From: an uncultured Bacteroidales bacterium
GTDB lineage: Bacteria; Bacteroidota; Bacteroidia; Bacteroidales; UBA10428
DNA: 59,850 nt
NCBI GenBank assembly: GCA_964633305.1
Contig: CAZWGG010000001.1
Coordinates: forward strand, 1 to 59,850
Direction: 5' to 3'
How positions within the stretch are numbered: the stretch's first letter is position 1; the number at the start of each line of letters is the position of its first letter. A program made the position numbers and the translations under genes. Of the stretch, positions 39,227 to 49,412 are shown piece by piece. The notes under the pieces were generated by a model. It saw only the letters and a program-made list of their open reading frames with translations, searched no databases and was not told the DNA's origin.

Positions 39227-39556
39227 ATGGACTTTACAAATATATTTAAATTAGAAAATGATAAAAATATATCAGTTGATATCGAAACAGCTGATATAAA
39301 AAAAATTGAGGAAGTTGATGACAAAATATTAAAAAATATGTATTCAACATTTTGTGTAAATCTTGTAAATCAAATAAAAGATAAATTTGATTTACAAATA
39401 GATTTAATTAGTATCAAAGATGAAAAAAAAGCTATTCGATATAAAGTTACAATACCAGCACTTAGAAAAAAAATAAAAAATGTACATGCTACAAGACAAT
39501 TATTAAAGAAACCTAAAAGAATTGATATGACAACTTTCAAAATTGAGGAGGCGTAA
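39227..39556 (+). CDS. hypothetical tail-module protein (109 aa)
   Basis: Synteny only. Confidence 0.4.
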   Translation: MDFTNIFKLENDKNISVDIETADIKKIEEVDDKILKNMYSTFCVNLVNQIKDKFDLQIDLISIKDEKKAIRYKVTIPALRKKIKNVHATRQLLKKPKRIDMTTFKIEEA

Positions 39557-39558
39557 AT

Positions 39559-41304
39559 ATGGGTGATTTCGGCAAATATACTCCTATAGCTTGGATTAAT
39601 GGGGGGCCTCCATGTATAGATGCGGATAATTTATTAAGTCATGAAGATGTATTATCATTAACCGATGAAGAATTAAGAAGGAGTCAATGTTTAAATTTTG
39701 AAAAAAGTAAATTAAAAGAATATTTCTGGCAAAGATGTACTAAAGAAATTTGCAATTTCACAAGTGGCGATGAATGGACAGCAAGCACAGCTTCAACGGA
39801 TATATCAGATGATACTACAAATAATATGATTGGTTCAAATTCTGTTAGATTTACTGAGCATGACGACAATGCTGGATGGCTCGGTATCTATAAAGATATA
39901 CCTTCTATTGATTTAAGTGTTTTCAATGATGGCCAAGCATCTAGTGTATCAGATTTTATTTATTTGATATTTTATATTACTGACACAACTAAATTTAATG
40001 TATTTCAATTTAAATTTGGTGATGATAATGCGAATAATTATAATTATGCAGTAGCAGCCGCAGGATTTTCAAATGGATATAATTATTTAGCAGCTGCTAA
40101 ATCTGCATTCGCTATAACTGGGGCACCTGCTGGATGGGATGATATTACCCATATAAGAATTGAAGCGACATCACTTGCTAATGCTCAAGACGAATATATT
40201 ACATGCGATTATTTACAAATGGTAAAGGAAGATAGCTTATTTGGTGGATGGCCTAATTCATTTCAAGAATATATGGGTTTAGCTACTGGATGGGAAAATA
40301 AATTTGATATTATTCTTGATATTCTAAGTGTTGTATATGATGAAAAACTGAATAGACATGGAATAATGTTAATGCCACCTGAACCAACAGGCTCAGTATT
40401 ACATATTTATTGTAGTGTTTTATCTTTTATAGCTTATATAGAAATGTATTGTAAATATGAAGATTATTCATTAGGATTGTCTTGGGAAGTTGATTCTGAT
40501 AATTTAATCGAAACATATGTTAATAATGGTACTTTTTATCTAAGTGTAACCGAAGCAGGTGTTACCACTAATGTTACTGTTGTATTATCTAATACTTTAT
40601 TAAAAGATGAAAGAATAATTATAAAACTTGAAAAAGATAATGATACATGCAGAGCTATTTTATACAAAGATGGTGAAATGATGCATGTTTTAGAATATGA
40701 AACATCAATCGCAGCTGATTCTGTTGGATGCGTTTATATACAATCATCGTCAGCAAACGCATGGTCTTTAGTAACTGATTTTGCGATATCATCTAATTAT
40801 GGGGATTTAAATTTATATAATGAATGGAGTAAAGGACCAAAATTATATAAATTATTTACTACTCAGTCATATACAAGTAATGTATTAACAAATATAGATG
40901 ATTTTTTTATTAAATTACCAGCAAATAGAACTTTTAGAATCGAAGCTTTTTTTAGTATACAAAATACTGGAAGTGCTACTCCTGATTTTAGAGTAGATTG
41001 GGAAAGTAGTGGTGTTACTGCTTTATCAAATAGAGTTTCAGTCGGTGGTGTTGCTGTTAGTGCAGCGACTGAACCTTCGTCAACTAATAATGTGAGAACA
41101 TCTGTCCATGGACTAACTACTGATATTCGATATGCACTTTCCGCAATTTCGACTTCAAGTGCTGCCACAGAAAATTTCATTGTAGAAACTGGAAATGATG
41201 GGGGATATCTACAATGTAGAGGAGCACAATATAACACAGATGCAGGAAATCCAACTGATTTAACTACCTCAAGTTGTGTTGTAGTAACAGAAGTATTTCA
41301 ATAA
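39559..41304 (+). CDS. tail fibre / receptor-binding protein
   Basis: N-terminal YTPIAWINGGPPCIDADNLL motif typical of fibre N-termini. 581 aa. Last structural gene. Confidence 0.55.
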   Translation: MGDFGKYTPIAWINGGPPCIDADNLLSHEDVLSLTDEELRRSQCLNFEKSKLKEYFWQRCTKEICNFTSGDEWTASTASTDISDDTTNNMIGSNSVRFTEHDDNAGWLGIYKDIPSIDLSVFNDGQASSVSDFIYLIFYITDTTKFNVFQFKFGDDNANNYNYAVAAAGFSNGYNYLAAAKSAFAITGAPAGWDDITHIRIEATSLANAQDEYITCDYLQMVKEDSLFGGWPNSFQEYMGLATGWENKFDIILDILSVVYDEKLNRHGIMLMPPEPTGSVLHIYCSVLSFIAYIEMYCKYEDYSLGLSWEVDSDNLIETYVNNGTFYLSVTEAGVTTNVTVVLSNTLLKDERIIIKLEKDNDTCRAILYKDGEMMHVLEYETSIAADSVGCVYIQSSSANAWSLVTDFAISSNYGDLNLYNEWSKGPKLYKLFTTQSYTSNVLTNIDDFFIKLPANRTFRIEAFFSIQNTGSATPDFRVDWESSGVTALSNRVSVGGVAVSAATEPSSTNNVRTSVHGLTTDIRYALSAISTSSAATENFIVETGNDGGYLQCRGAQYNTDAGNPTDLTTSSCVVVTEVFQ

Positions 41305-41320
41305 AGAAAGAGGTGTTATC

Positions 41321-41539
41321 ATGGAAATAGAAGAAATTTTAAGATTTGTAATAAATAATGGAATCGCAGTAGTATTAATGATTTATTTCTTAAAAAATAA
41401 TAATAAATCAATGATTGGATTAATAAAAGAAGTAAGTGCCTTAATAGTTATTCAAAATCAATTAATAAAAGAAATAGCAGAAATGAAAATAAGTCAAAAT
41501 AAAGTTTATGAATATTTACAAGATAAAAAAGCAGTATAG
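41321..41539 (+). CDS. BhlA/UviB-like holin
   Basis: 72 aa with a single TM segment (NGIAVVLMIYFL) followed by a charged coiled tail. Confidence 0.5.
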   Translation: MEIEEILRFVINNGIAVVLMIYFLKNNNKSMIGLIKEVSALIVIQNQLIKEIAEMKISQNKVYEYLQDKKAV

Positions 41540-41556
41540 ATTATACTGCTTTTTTT
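41525..41556. terminator. bidirectional terminator between convergent operons
   Basis: GCAGTATA/TATACTGC stem flanked by an A-run and a T-run. Confidence 0.65.
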
Positions 41557-41587
41557 ATACATAAACTTCTATGATATATGTGATATT

Positions 41588-42358
41588 TTACACATCATCC
41601 CCAACAATATATGTAGGATATCCATCTTTTTTAAGTTTATTACTTAGATTTTTTGCATTATCATAATTTGAAAATGCTCCAACTTGAACTTTATAAAGTC
41701 CTTTTGGATTTACTTGTTTGGGGGGAACATATATTAATCCAAGATAGTCACATACTCCTTGACAATGTTCTTCGGCTACCTCAGTTTGAAAATTTTCATT
41801 TAACATAATAGAAGCTTCAAATCTATCATCCATAAAACCATTTTCAGATAGAACCGCTTTCATTAAAGTATATTTTAATACATCAAAATTCGCTGAATTG
41901 ACACCCCTATTTATTTGTTTTGTTCCATTTTTTAAATAGTGCAATATAGATGAAGCAAGTAATTTCCCTTTTGTACTTCCTGTATAATAAAATACTTCCA
42001 AACCTCCTTTATTTGTATCAAATTTACCGTCATATGCATTGAAATGAATTTCAACATAAATTATACGTATTTTATCTTTATCGCACTTAATTAAAGAATT
42101 AGCTCTTTTAATTCGCGTATCTCTGGAAACATCAATTGCTTTTGTTTCTGCTTCATAATTAGCATCACAACAAGCTATTCCACATCTTTTTAAAGCTGCT
42201 AAAAACTTTAATTTTGTAGGCTGATTAAATTCAAACTCTTTTATACTTCTACCATTAATTAATGGAGTTCTTTTTCCTGCTGTGTTTGGGCCATGTCCAG
42301 ATGAAGCAACAACGATGTATGGTGAATAGTAACTTCCAAAATAAAAAAAATCAGACAT
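41588..42358 (-). CDS. N-acetylmuramoyl-L-alanine amidase (Amidase_3) with a C-terminal SPOR domain; probable endolysin
   Basis: SSGHGPNTAGKRTP and VEIHFNA. C-terminal YKVQVGAFSNYDNAKNLSNKLKKDGYPTYIV. Confidence 0.75.
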   Translation of the reverse strand: MSDFFYFGSYYSPYIVVASSGHGPNTAGKRTPLINGRSIKEFEFNQPTKLKFLAALKRCGIACCDANYEAETKAIDVSRDTRIKRANSLIKCDKDKIRIIYVEIHFNAYDGKFDTNKGGLEVFYYTGSTKGKLLASSILHYLKNGTKQINRGVNSANFDVLKYTLMKAVLSENGFMDDRFEASIMLNENFQTEVAEEHCQGVCDYLGLIYVPPKQVNPKGLYKVQVGAFSNYDNAKNLSNKLKKDGYPTYIVGDDV

Positions 42359-43082
42359 AAATAAACTCCTTTTCTATATATTTTTTTGATTCCGATTCTG
42401 GTTCTAATTCTTTCATAAAATCATTAGAACTATTTGATTTATCTTTACTTCTTTGCTTTTTAAATTTAGTTTTAACTTTTTCGGAAAAATCAATAGTTTT
42501 TTCAACAATAGATGAAAATCTAACTTCCTGACCTATCTTAATATTAGAGCTATAAGAATCATTTTTAATTGATTTTTTTTGATTTGTATATTGATTTATA
42601 TCTCCTTCAGATAAAATAGAATCTTCATAACAGATATCAGACAATCTTACGCAATCACTAATATCAATTTTATCATTATTAGATTCCTCTATGATTGATT
42701 TTGTTTCAGTACATCCATTATTAGTATCAGAAACATTTGAATTGATTATATCGGCAATTTCAGATGAAATTTGATTATTTATCTTCGTGTCAAAAGTTAC
42801 TCCTTTATATTTATCAAGCAATTTCAAAATATAGTTAACATCAAATATAATTTTTTCTTGTGTTTTTTTTATTATTCTTGATTGAGAATCTATAGCCCCA
42901 ACATCTTTTGCAAATTCATTATGACTACTTTGAGCGAAATTAATTGTTTCATTGAAAATTTTCCGCATTTTATTTACTTTCTTTATTACATAATTTATGA
43001 ATAAGATTAAAAAAATTGTATAAAAAAATATTATTCCTATTGCATTTACTCCACAAAAACTCAAAAATTCACTTCTATTCAT
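42351..43082 (-). CDS. N-terminally membrane-anchored protein (243 aa)
   Basis: TM segment NAIGIIFFYTIFLILFINYVI. Overlaps the amidase start by 8 nt. Confidence 0.6.
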   Translation of the reverse strand: MNRSEFLSFCGVNAIGIIFFYTIFLILFINYVIKKVNKMRKIFNETINFAQSSHNEFAKDVGAIDSQSRIIKKTQEKIIFDVNYILKLLDKYKGVTFDTKINNQISSEIADIINSNVSDTNNGCTETKSIIEESNNDKIDISDCVRLSDICYEDSILSEGDINQYTNQKKSIKNDSYSSNIKIGQEVRFSSIVEKTIDFSEKVKTKFKKQRSKDKSNSSNDFMKELEPESESKKYIEKEFIYV

Positions 43083-43111
43083 TATATTATTCCTCCAAAT
43101 ATTTTATATTT

Positions 43112-43312
43112 TTATATATTGTCTTGTATTTCTCCAGTTACGATAAAATTCATTGATGAAAGTATGGATAATTCAATTGTTTTTTCTTCAAATTCAATTT
43201 TTAAAATTAAATTCAAACTATTTAATTTCTTTATTTCTGAAACTAGTTCATCCCTATTTTTAAATGTTTTTAACTGTCCATTTAATTCAGCAAATATCCT
43301 TTTTATTTTCAT
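43112..43312 (-). CDS. hypothetical protein (66 aa)
   Basis: ORF track. Operon context. Confidence 0.5.
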   Translation of the reverse strand: MKIKRIFAELNGQLKTFKNRDELVSEIKKLNSLNLILKIEFEEKTIELSILSSMNFIVTGEIQDNI

Positions 43313-43351
43313 AATAACACCTCATTATAAATTATCAATTAAAGAAAATCA

Positions 43352-43534
43352 TCATTTTTTTTCAATCTGAATAAGTGTATCGGATTTATTAGCTAAATTT
43401 TTAATTGAAGTATCTATTGCCTCAAGTATTATATCTTTTATTTTTAATCGATGTTTCTTTGCATAAAATTTTAACTGAAAATACATATCGTCTGGAAGTC
43501 TAATGTTGATACCAGTTTCATCTTTGCCCCTCAT
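43352..43534 (-). CDS. ribbon-helix-helix (CopG/Arc-like) regulator
   Basis: INIRLPDDMYFQLKFYAKKHRLKIKDIILEAI. Start moved to the Met behind AGGAGTG. Confidence 0.6.
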   Translation of the reverse strand: MRGKDETGINIRLPDDMYFQLKFYAKKHRLKIKDIILEAIDTSIKNLANKSDTLIQIEKK

Positions 43535-43630
43535 AATATCACTCCTTTCTCTAAATATAATTTTATCATATATCATTTATTATAATAAATCAACCATAAT
43601 ATAAAACAATAAAATATTTAAATGAAAGTA

Positions 43631-43659
43631 TTTACATTATATATTTAGAATGATAACAT
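43631..43659 (+). promoter_or_regulatory. promoter TTTACA-17-TGaTAACAT for the recombination operon
   Basis: -35 at 43631-43636 and -10 at 43654-43659. Divergent intergenic region. Confidence 0.5.
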
Positions 43660-43693
43660 ATTTATAGTAATAAAAAAAAGAAAGGAGTAATTT

Positions 43694-43915
43694 ATGAAGA
43701 CAACAAAAAAATTAATATTAAGTGAAAAAGATATTGAAATTTTAAATGATGTCTTATGGGAAATTGAAGAAAATAGAATATATGAAGAACTTGAGGACAA
43801 AGAAAGTTTAGATAAGTTGAAAAATTTTTTTAATTATGAAAATGTTATTAAATACAAAGTAGGTTGTATTACTTTAGAACAAAATAAAATTAGAAAGAGG
43901 TTATCAAATGAATGA
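43694..43915 (+). CDS. hypothetical protein (73 aa)
   Basis: ORF track. AAGGAG RBS. Confidence 0.6.
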   Translation: MKTTKKLILSEKDIEILNDVLWEIEENRIYEELEDKESLDKLKNFFNYENVIKYKVGCITLEQNKIRKRLSNE

Positions 43916-44927
43916 AATAACAAATTGTAATGTATCATATGTATCAGGAGCTGGAAATAAAATAGAATTAACATTAGGTTTGGCAAGAAAAGCATTAAAT
44001 ATTGATGAAAAAGTATCAGATGTTGATATTTATACATTTTTGAAAATGTGTGAACATCAAAAACTTGACCCATTCTTGGGAGAAATACATTTTATTTATG
44101 TAAAAGGAAAAGTTCAAAAAGTTGTTGGAATTGATACATTTACAAACAGATTAAATGAGCATCCACTATGTGAAGGATGGCAAGCTGGTTTACTCTTGGA
44201 GCAGGATGGAAAGATAATAGAACAAAAAGGAACATTTTATCTTAAAACTCAAAAGATTGTTGGAGCTTATTTCTCATTAAAAAGACAGGGATGGAAAGAT
44301 GATTTTTACTGGTCTATTCCATTACATGAATATTACAGAGAATACTATGATAAAGATTCAAAAACTCATAAACCGATGGGTCAGTGGGGAACAATGACTG
44401 CGACAATGATTGTAAAATGTGTTATTGCTGCTAGTTGTAGAAAAGTATTTCCAAAAAGCTTTACAGGCTTGTATTCGTCAGAAGAATTTGGAGAAAGTAG
44501 TGATAATACAAAAACTTCAAATGATAATTTCGTCGATACTGAATATGAAGAGATTATAAATAATGAACAATTAAAAACTCTATATGAAACAGCTAAAAGT
44601 ACAAATAAAGAAATAAAAATTGATAGTGAGAAATTATGTAAATATGTTATTGATGAATTAATTCGTCAAAAGAAGTTAGAACCATCAATTATTTTAACAA
44701 GTCTGCCAGTATCTAAAATAAATCTAGTATTAGAATGGATAAAAAAATCTGTTGAATTAAAAGAGAAAAAATTTGAAGAATTAAAAAAGAAAAATGCGAA
44801 AGTAACTTTAGAAACACCACCAGATGGATTGGGAAATGAATTACCTGTTGAAGATACTAAAATCGCAAAACCTGTGAATAATGATAAGAAAAAAGCAGAC
44901 AAAAAGAAGGAGGACAAAAAAGAATGA
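43908..44927 (+). CDS. recT: RecT-family single-strand annealing protein
   Basis: FLKMCEHQKLDPFLGEIHFI and downstream RecT core. K/E-rich tail. Confidence 0.75.
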   Translation: MNEITNCNVSYVSGAGNKIELTLGLARKALNIDEKVSDVDIYTFLKMCEHQKLDPFLGEIHFIYVKGKVQKVVGIDTFTNRLNEHPLCEGWQAGLLLEQDGKIIEQKGTFYLKTQKIVGAYFSLKRQGWKDDFYWSIPLHEYYREYYDKDSKTHKPMGQWGTMTATMIVKCVIAASCRKVFPKSFTGLYSSEEFGESSDNTKTSNDNFVDTEYEEIINNEQLKTLYETAKSTNKEIKIDSEKLCKYVIDELIRQKKLEPSIILTSLPVSKINLVLEWIKKSVELKEKKFEELKKKNAKVTLETPPDGLGNELPVEDTKIAKPVNNDKKKADKKKEDKKE

Positions 44928-45097
44928 TAAAACCATCATTAAAAGGTTTAACAAAAATAGGGAAGACCAGTTTTGGACTGGTTCTTCCTAAGAAGATACT
45001 AGAGAAATTAAACATAAAAGATAATGATGTTGTTATCATTTATGAGAAAGATGAACAAATTATAATAAAAAAATATAAAGGAGAAAATTTTCTATGA
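44924..45097 (+). CDS. AbrB/MazE/SpoVT-type small DNA-binding protein (57 aa)
   Basis: Hand-translated MIKPSLKGLTKIGKTSFGLVLPKKILEKLNIKDNDVVIIYEKDEQIIIKK. ATGA overlaps on both sides. Confidence 0.55.
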   Translation: MIKPSLKGLTKIGKTSFGLVLPKKILEKLNIKDNDVVIIYEKDEQIIIKKYKGENFL

Positions 45098-45387
45098 AAA
45101 TAATAAAAGATGGAAAAGAAATTGAAATTTGTAATTTTTGTAAAGCTGAAATAACTGAGGAAATAGTAAATAATGGGGAAGTTTCTTATTGTCATTTATG
45201 TGATGATAGGGTTTTTTGCTTAGATTGTGAGAAAATTTTTAAAGTTATTCAAATGTGTTTTATCTGTGGTAATGATACTTGCTTCGAGCATATATGGGCA
45301 TGTAAAATATGTGGAAATTCAATTTGTGAGGATTGTAGTTTTGATGATAATGGGGATAAAATATGCAATGATTGTATGGAGGAATAA
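45094..45387 (+). CDS. Cys-rich multi-zinc-finger protein (97 aa)
   Basis: Eight CxxC pairs. Confidence 0.6.
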   Translation: MKIIKDGKEIEICNFCKAEITEEIVNNGEVSYCHLCDDRVFCLDCEKIFKVIQMCFICGNDTCFEHIWACKICGNSICEDCSFDDNGDKICNDCMEE

Positions 45388-45392
45388 AAAAA

Positions 45393-46211
45393 ATGAACTT
45401 ATTAAAGATACCATCAAGAATTTATATAAATACAGATATTACAACTATGCCTGAGTATTTAAAATCAATTATTGGAATGTGTTTTAGAAATGATTGTGAA
45501 TCTAGTAATGTATTATATATATCTCACAATATAACAAGAACCCTCGAAACAGCTGATATGGAAGCATTCGCTATTTTGTGGGCGATTCAGTTTATAAAGA
45601 GTAATCAAGAAAGCGAAAAAATGAAAGAATCTTTAAATTTAATATTTTTATGTGATAGTAAACCAGTTATTGATATATTAAATAATGTTAATAAATCCGA
45701 AAATATAAATAAGCATATTTTTAATAATCTTTTTAAACTTATTGAGTTGATGAAAGAAAAAAATAATATATTTACTTTTAAGTGGATAGAAAGAAACAAA
45801 AATAAATTAATAGATAGTTATATTGATAGAATGAAAACAAAATATATTAACAAGATAAATAATCAAAAAAATATAAGAATAGATAATGAAGATATATCGA
45901 ATCTAATAATGACAACTCTAGATTCGATATCAATAATTATTCCACAAACTATTAGATTTAATTATTTTGAAAAATTATTTACTATTGAACGAAGTAATTT
46001 CTCAGTTACTTTAAATACTGATATGAAAATTATATTTAATATATTAAATTATCATATGACTCTAGAAACATTAATAGGTAATAGAATGACATTAAAACAT
46101 TTAGATTTCTTGAATAATGTAGTATCCTTATTAACTGATTACAATAATAAAATTGATTATATATTGTATCAATCAATGGAAAAAAATATAGTGGAACAAA
46201 AATATAGATAG
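45393..46211 (+). CDS. RNase H-like (DEDD) N-terminal domain protein
   Basis: YINTD, ADMEAFAILWAIQF, FLCDSKPVI and NKLIDSYIDR occur in RNase HI order. Confidence 0.45.
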   Translation: MNLLKIPSRIYINTDITTMPEYLKSIIGMCFRNDCESSNVLYISHNITRTLETADMEAFAILWAIQFIKSNQESEKMKESLNLIFLCDSKPVIDILNNVNKSENINKHIFNNLFKLIELMKEKNNIFTFKWIERNKNKLIDSYIDRMKTKYINKINNQKNIRIDNEDISNLIMTTLDSISIIIPQTIRFNYFEKLFTIERSNFSVTLNTDMKIIFNILNYHMTLETLIGNRMTLKHLDFLNNVVSLLTDYNNKIDYILYQSMEKNIVEQKYR

Positions 46212-46221
46212 GAGAATAAAA

Positions 46222-46350
46222 ATGAGAGAAATAATAGGTAATATGTTATTATGGCTATTTATAAAAATAACTAATAAAGATATAAAAATAATAAAGTGTT
46301 ATGTTAAAAAAAATAGAAAACCTCAAATATATAAAATATATCAGAGATAA
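46222..46350 (+). CDS. possible 42-aa hydrophobic/basic peptide
   Basis: Hand-translated. AGGAG RBS. Below the ORF-track cutoff. Confidence 0.3.
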   Translation: MREIIGNMLLWLFIKITNKDIKIIKCYVKKNRKPQIYKIYQR

Positions 46351-46355
46351 TAAAT

Positions 46356-46390
46356 AACATGGGGAAATTTCAATATTTCTCCATGTTTAT
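46356..46390 (+). terminator. hairpin terminator
   Basis: 13-bp stem AACATGGGGAAAT / ATTTCTCCATGTT with one G-U pair. Confidence 0.55.
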
Positions 46391-46391
46391 C

Positions 46392-46420
46392 TTTACATAA
46401 TACATGCAACGTGATACAAT
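46392..46420 (+). promoter_or_regulatory. early promoter cassette copy 5, located 42 kb from the others
   Basis: TTTACATAATACATGCAACGTGATACAATGTATTTAGTAA is identical to copy 4 over about 45 bp. Confidence 0.7.
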
Positions 46421-46456
46421 GTATTTAGTAAACAAATTAAATTTTGGGAGGTTAAT

Positions 46457-48559
46457 ATGGATAAAATAAGTTGTGAGGTTAGAAATGAAATATACAATAA
46501 TGGGGATTTTCATATCTATGTAGGCACATTAAAAAACAGTTTTGAAGAGCTTACAATTAAAACAGATGGATTTACATTATGCAAAGGTGAAAAAGTATTA
46601 TCGGGGCAAATGGGAACATATAAAGGACAGAAAAGTTTCATTTGTAAATTTGAAGAATTCAATACAAATAGTAAAGAAGCTCAAAAGAATTTGTTGATGT
46701 CAATTAAAGGAATTAAAGAATCAAAAGCTGATTTAATAGTAAATAATGTTGATGATATTAATGTATTTAGAAATGATAGTCATCCTCAAATTAAAGGTGT
46801 TGGACCTGGAACTATTTTATTAATTAGAGAGGGCTTACAGCAATTAGATAAAATGCAGACATTTAAAGAAATTAACATGATGATAGGAGCTGAATGCTCT
46901 GCTAAAACAATAAAAGATGTTACCGAAACAATTGAAATGATAAATGATGGAATGAATGAATTCAAAACTAATCCATATAATGTATTAATTGATATGAGTG
47001 ATTTTGGATTTAAAAAAGCTGATAGAATTGCGTTATCGATGGGAATAAAATTAAATGATAAAAACAGACTAAAATATTTATCTGAATACATAGTTAAACA
47101 ATATACTAGAACAGGAAATTGCTTTATTACAAAAAATGATTTAATTGATAGACTCAATGAAGCTGGTATTACTGAGAATCATTTTGAATTAATAGAAAAT
47201 AATGGTAGATTAGTTTGTGAAGATGATTGTATTTACACCGAATCAATGTTTAAAGCAGAAACATTAATTCCTTTACATTTAAAAAGAATAAATAATAGAC
47301 AAGTTGATGAAACTAGACTTGAAAAATATGATATCAACAGTTTAATAACTGATTTTGAGAAAATAAATAAAATAAAATTTGATATAAGTCAAAAAGTAGC
47401 AATAGAAGGAGCTGTAAATAATACTGTAGTAATTATTCCGGGCAGTGCTGGAACTGGAAAAACAACTCTTTTAAAATGTGTATTATTTATTTTAAAAGAG
47501 TTAGGATTTAAACTTTTCTTAACTGCCCCAACTGGTAAAGCTGCACGAAGAATGAATCAATCGACAGGTCATGAAGCGACAACAATTCATAGATTTTTAA
47601 ATGATGCTGCTAATCATTTTACAGCTAGAAATGGAGTAATGATAATTGATGAAATGTCTATGGTAGATACAGAATTAATGTTCGCCTTATTAGAAAAGAT
47701 GGATGAATGTTCTGTTGATTTTGTCAAAATTATATCTGTTGGAGATATAGGCCAGTTACCATCAGTACAACCGGGAAATGTTTTAAATGATATGATTGAA
47801 TCAAAGAAATTAAATGTATTTCCATTAACAAAGACATTTAGACAAAAAGGAGATTCTAACATACTAGATATCGCAACAAAAGTAAGACATAATGAAAATT
47901 TTGATTATGTTAAAAAAGCCGATTTTTATGTAAAAGAAGCTCTTACTCCTAAAGAATATTTAGAAAGTATTGAATACTTTTTTAATTACTTAAAAAATAA
48001 ATATGATTCTATTGATACTTTCTTTTCAGAAGTTCAATTTATTTCTCCAATTAAAAAAGGTCAGGTAGGTGTAATAAGTATTAATGAAATGATTAAAAAT
48101 TTAATAAATCCTAAGAAAAATAAAAATGATTGGTTCCCATTTGATGTTAACGATAAGGTCATGTGTACTAAAAATGATAGAGATAACGGCATATTTAATG
48201 GGGAATTTGGAAGAGTTACTATTATTGATAAAACGACATTTACTGTATTTTATAAAGATTTAGAAAAATTTGTAACATATAAAAAGGAAAAAGAGATTAT
48301 AGATGAATTTATATTATCTTATTGCTCAACAGTTCATAAATTACAAGGTAGTGAGTTTAAATACATAGTACTAATAATTCCAACTGATTCACCTATCTGC
48401 GATTCTAGATTACTTTACACAGCAATTACGAGAGGAAAACAAACTGTTGTAATGTTAACTAATAAAGCACTAACTAATAAAATTGTTCCAAGAAATAATT
48501 TATTAAAAAGAAATACTAAGTTAAAAGAAAGATTAATTTGCGAATTTGATTCTGAATAA
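46457..48559 (+). CDS. RecD-like SF1 DNA helicase
   Basis: Walker A GSAGTGKTT and Walker B MIIDEMSMVD. C-terminal SYCSTVHKLQGSEF and LLYTAITRGK. Confidence 0.85.
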   Translation: MDKISCEVRNEIYNNGDFHIYVGTLKNSFEELTIKTDGFTLCKGEKVLSGQMGTYKGQKSFICKFEEFNTNSKEAQKNLLMSIKGIKESKADLIVNNVDDINVFRNDSHPQIKGVGPGTILLIREGLQQLDKMQTFKEINMMIGAECSAKTIKDVTETIEMINDGMNEFKTNPYNVLIDMSDFGFKKADRIALSMGIKLNDKNRLKYLSEYIVKQYTRTGNCFITKNDLIDRLNEAGITENHFELIENNGRLVCEDDCIYTESMFKAETLIPLHLKRINNRQVDETRLEKYDINSLITDFEKINKIKFDISQKVAIEGAVNNTVVIIPGSAGTGKTTLLKCVLFILKELGFKLFLTAPTGKAARRMNQSTGHEATTIHRFLNDAANHFTARNGVMIIDEMSMVDTELMFALLEKMDECSVDFVKIISVGDIGQLPSVQPGNVLNDMIESKKLNVFPLTKTFRQKGDSNILDIATKVRHNENFDYVKKADFYVKEALTPKEYLESIEYFFNYLKNKYDSIDTFFSEVQFISPIKKGQVGVISINEMIKNLINPKKNKNDWFPFDVNDKVMCTKNDRDNGIFNGEFGRVTIIDKTTFTVFYKDLEKFVTYKKEKEIIDEFILSYCSTVHKLQGSEFKYIVLIIPTDSPICDSRLLYTAITRGKQTVVMLTNKALTNKIVPRNNLLKRNTKLKERLICEFDSE

Positions 48560-48569
48560 ATTAATATAG

Positions 48570-48616
48570 TCAAAGTATTACTTAATATTGACAAAGTAAT
48601 ACTTTGATTATATTAT
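48570..48616 (+). promoter_or_regulatory. consensus promoter TTGACA-17-TATTAT embedded in the 14-bp inverted repeat TCAAAGTATTACTT/AAGTAATACTTTGA
   Basis: IR arms at 48570-48583 and 48594-48607. -35 at 48588-48593 and -10 at 48611-48616. Confidence 0.6.
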
Positions 48617-48638
48617 ATATAAAAAAGGAGGATTTACA

Positions 48639-49121
48639 ATGATTAGAAATGAATATATTGGAAGTTTAGTTAATGAGATATGCGATAGATTAAAAGATTT
48701 AAATGATTTTTTAGAAACTGAAAAAAGAACTAATGGTTTATTAAGATATAATACATTAAAAAAAGATATATTTAAGGAAATGTTTTATCAATTAAGAGAT
48801 ACTAATTTTAATATAGATTTTATTGATGATGAAGCTAAAAGAAATATTATTTTATCCCAAATTGTTTATGAGGCATATAGAACTGAAATAGAAATAAAAG
48901 AAGTTTATCCTATTCATGATACATATAATATGCCTATAATACATAAAACTGAAATAGGTAAAAAATCATTAAATGATTATAGAAATCATTTAAAATGTAT
49001 AACATTCCATTTAACTGATATTATTTATAATTCAAAAATTATAGGTGCTGCTGAATATAAAAAAGATAAAAAAATGATAGTCTATAACATAAAAAATAAA
49101 AATATTATAAGAAGGGATTAA
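48639..49121 (+). CDS. hypothetical protein (160 aa)
   Basis: ORF track. AGGAGG RBS. Confidence 0.65.
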   Translation: MIRNEYIGSLVNEICDRLKDLNDFLETEKRTNGLLRYNTLKKDIFKEMFYQLRDTNFNIDFIDDEAKRNIILSQIVYEAYRTEIEIKEVYPIHDTYNMPIIHKTEIGKKSLNDYRNHLKCITFHLTDIIYNSKIIGAAEYKKDKKMIVYNIKNKNIIRRD

Positions 49122-49126
49122 TAATT

Positions 49127-49378
49127 ATGTTTGTTACATTAAGAGATATAAGTCAAAAGCGAAAAGGAGTAATGACCTATATTTTGATAGATAGAAAAAC
49201 TATTGAAGTTGAATTTACATATTATCTATCAAAATATAAAGAGTTTATTTGGCAGCCACCATCTAGCAGAAATTATAAATATATTGCTAGGATGAGAGTA
49301 GTAGAAGCTGAAAAGAAACTTTTCAAAGTAGTGGATGAATATAGAAGTCAAAAATTAATAAATGAGAAATTTTATTAA
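49127..49378 (+). CDS. hypothetical protein (83 aa)
   Basis: ORF track. Confidence 0.55.
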   Translation: MFVTLRDISQKRKGVMTYILIDRKTIEVEFTYYLSKYKEFIWQPPSSRNYKYIARMRVVEAEKKLFKVVDEYRSQKLINEKFY

Positions 49379-49412
49379 AAGATATTAATTAAAGGAAGTA
49401 AAGGAGGACTAA

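Noticed and set aside
44924-45387. AbrB/MazE-like gene, and the RelB/DinJ-like gene at 51623-51793, considered as toxin-antitoxin modules.
   Set aside because: No MazF/PemK, RelE/ParE or other recognisable toxin fold lies adjacent. The neighbours are a Cys-rich zinc-finger protein and a terminator. They are more simply small transcriptional regulators.
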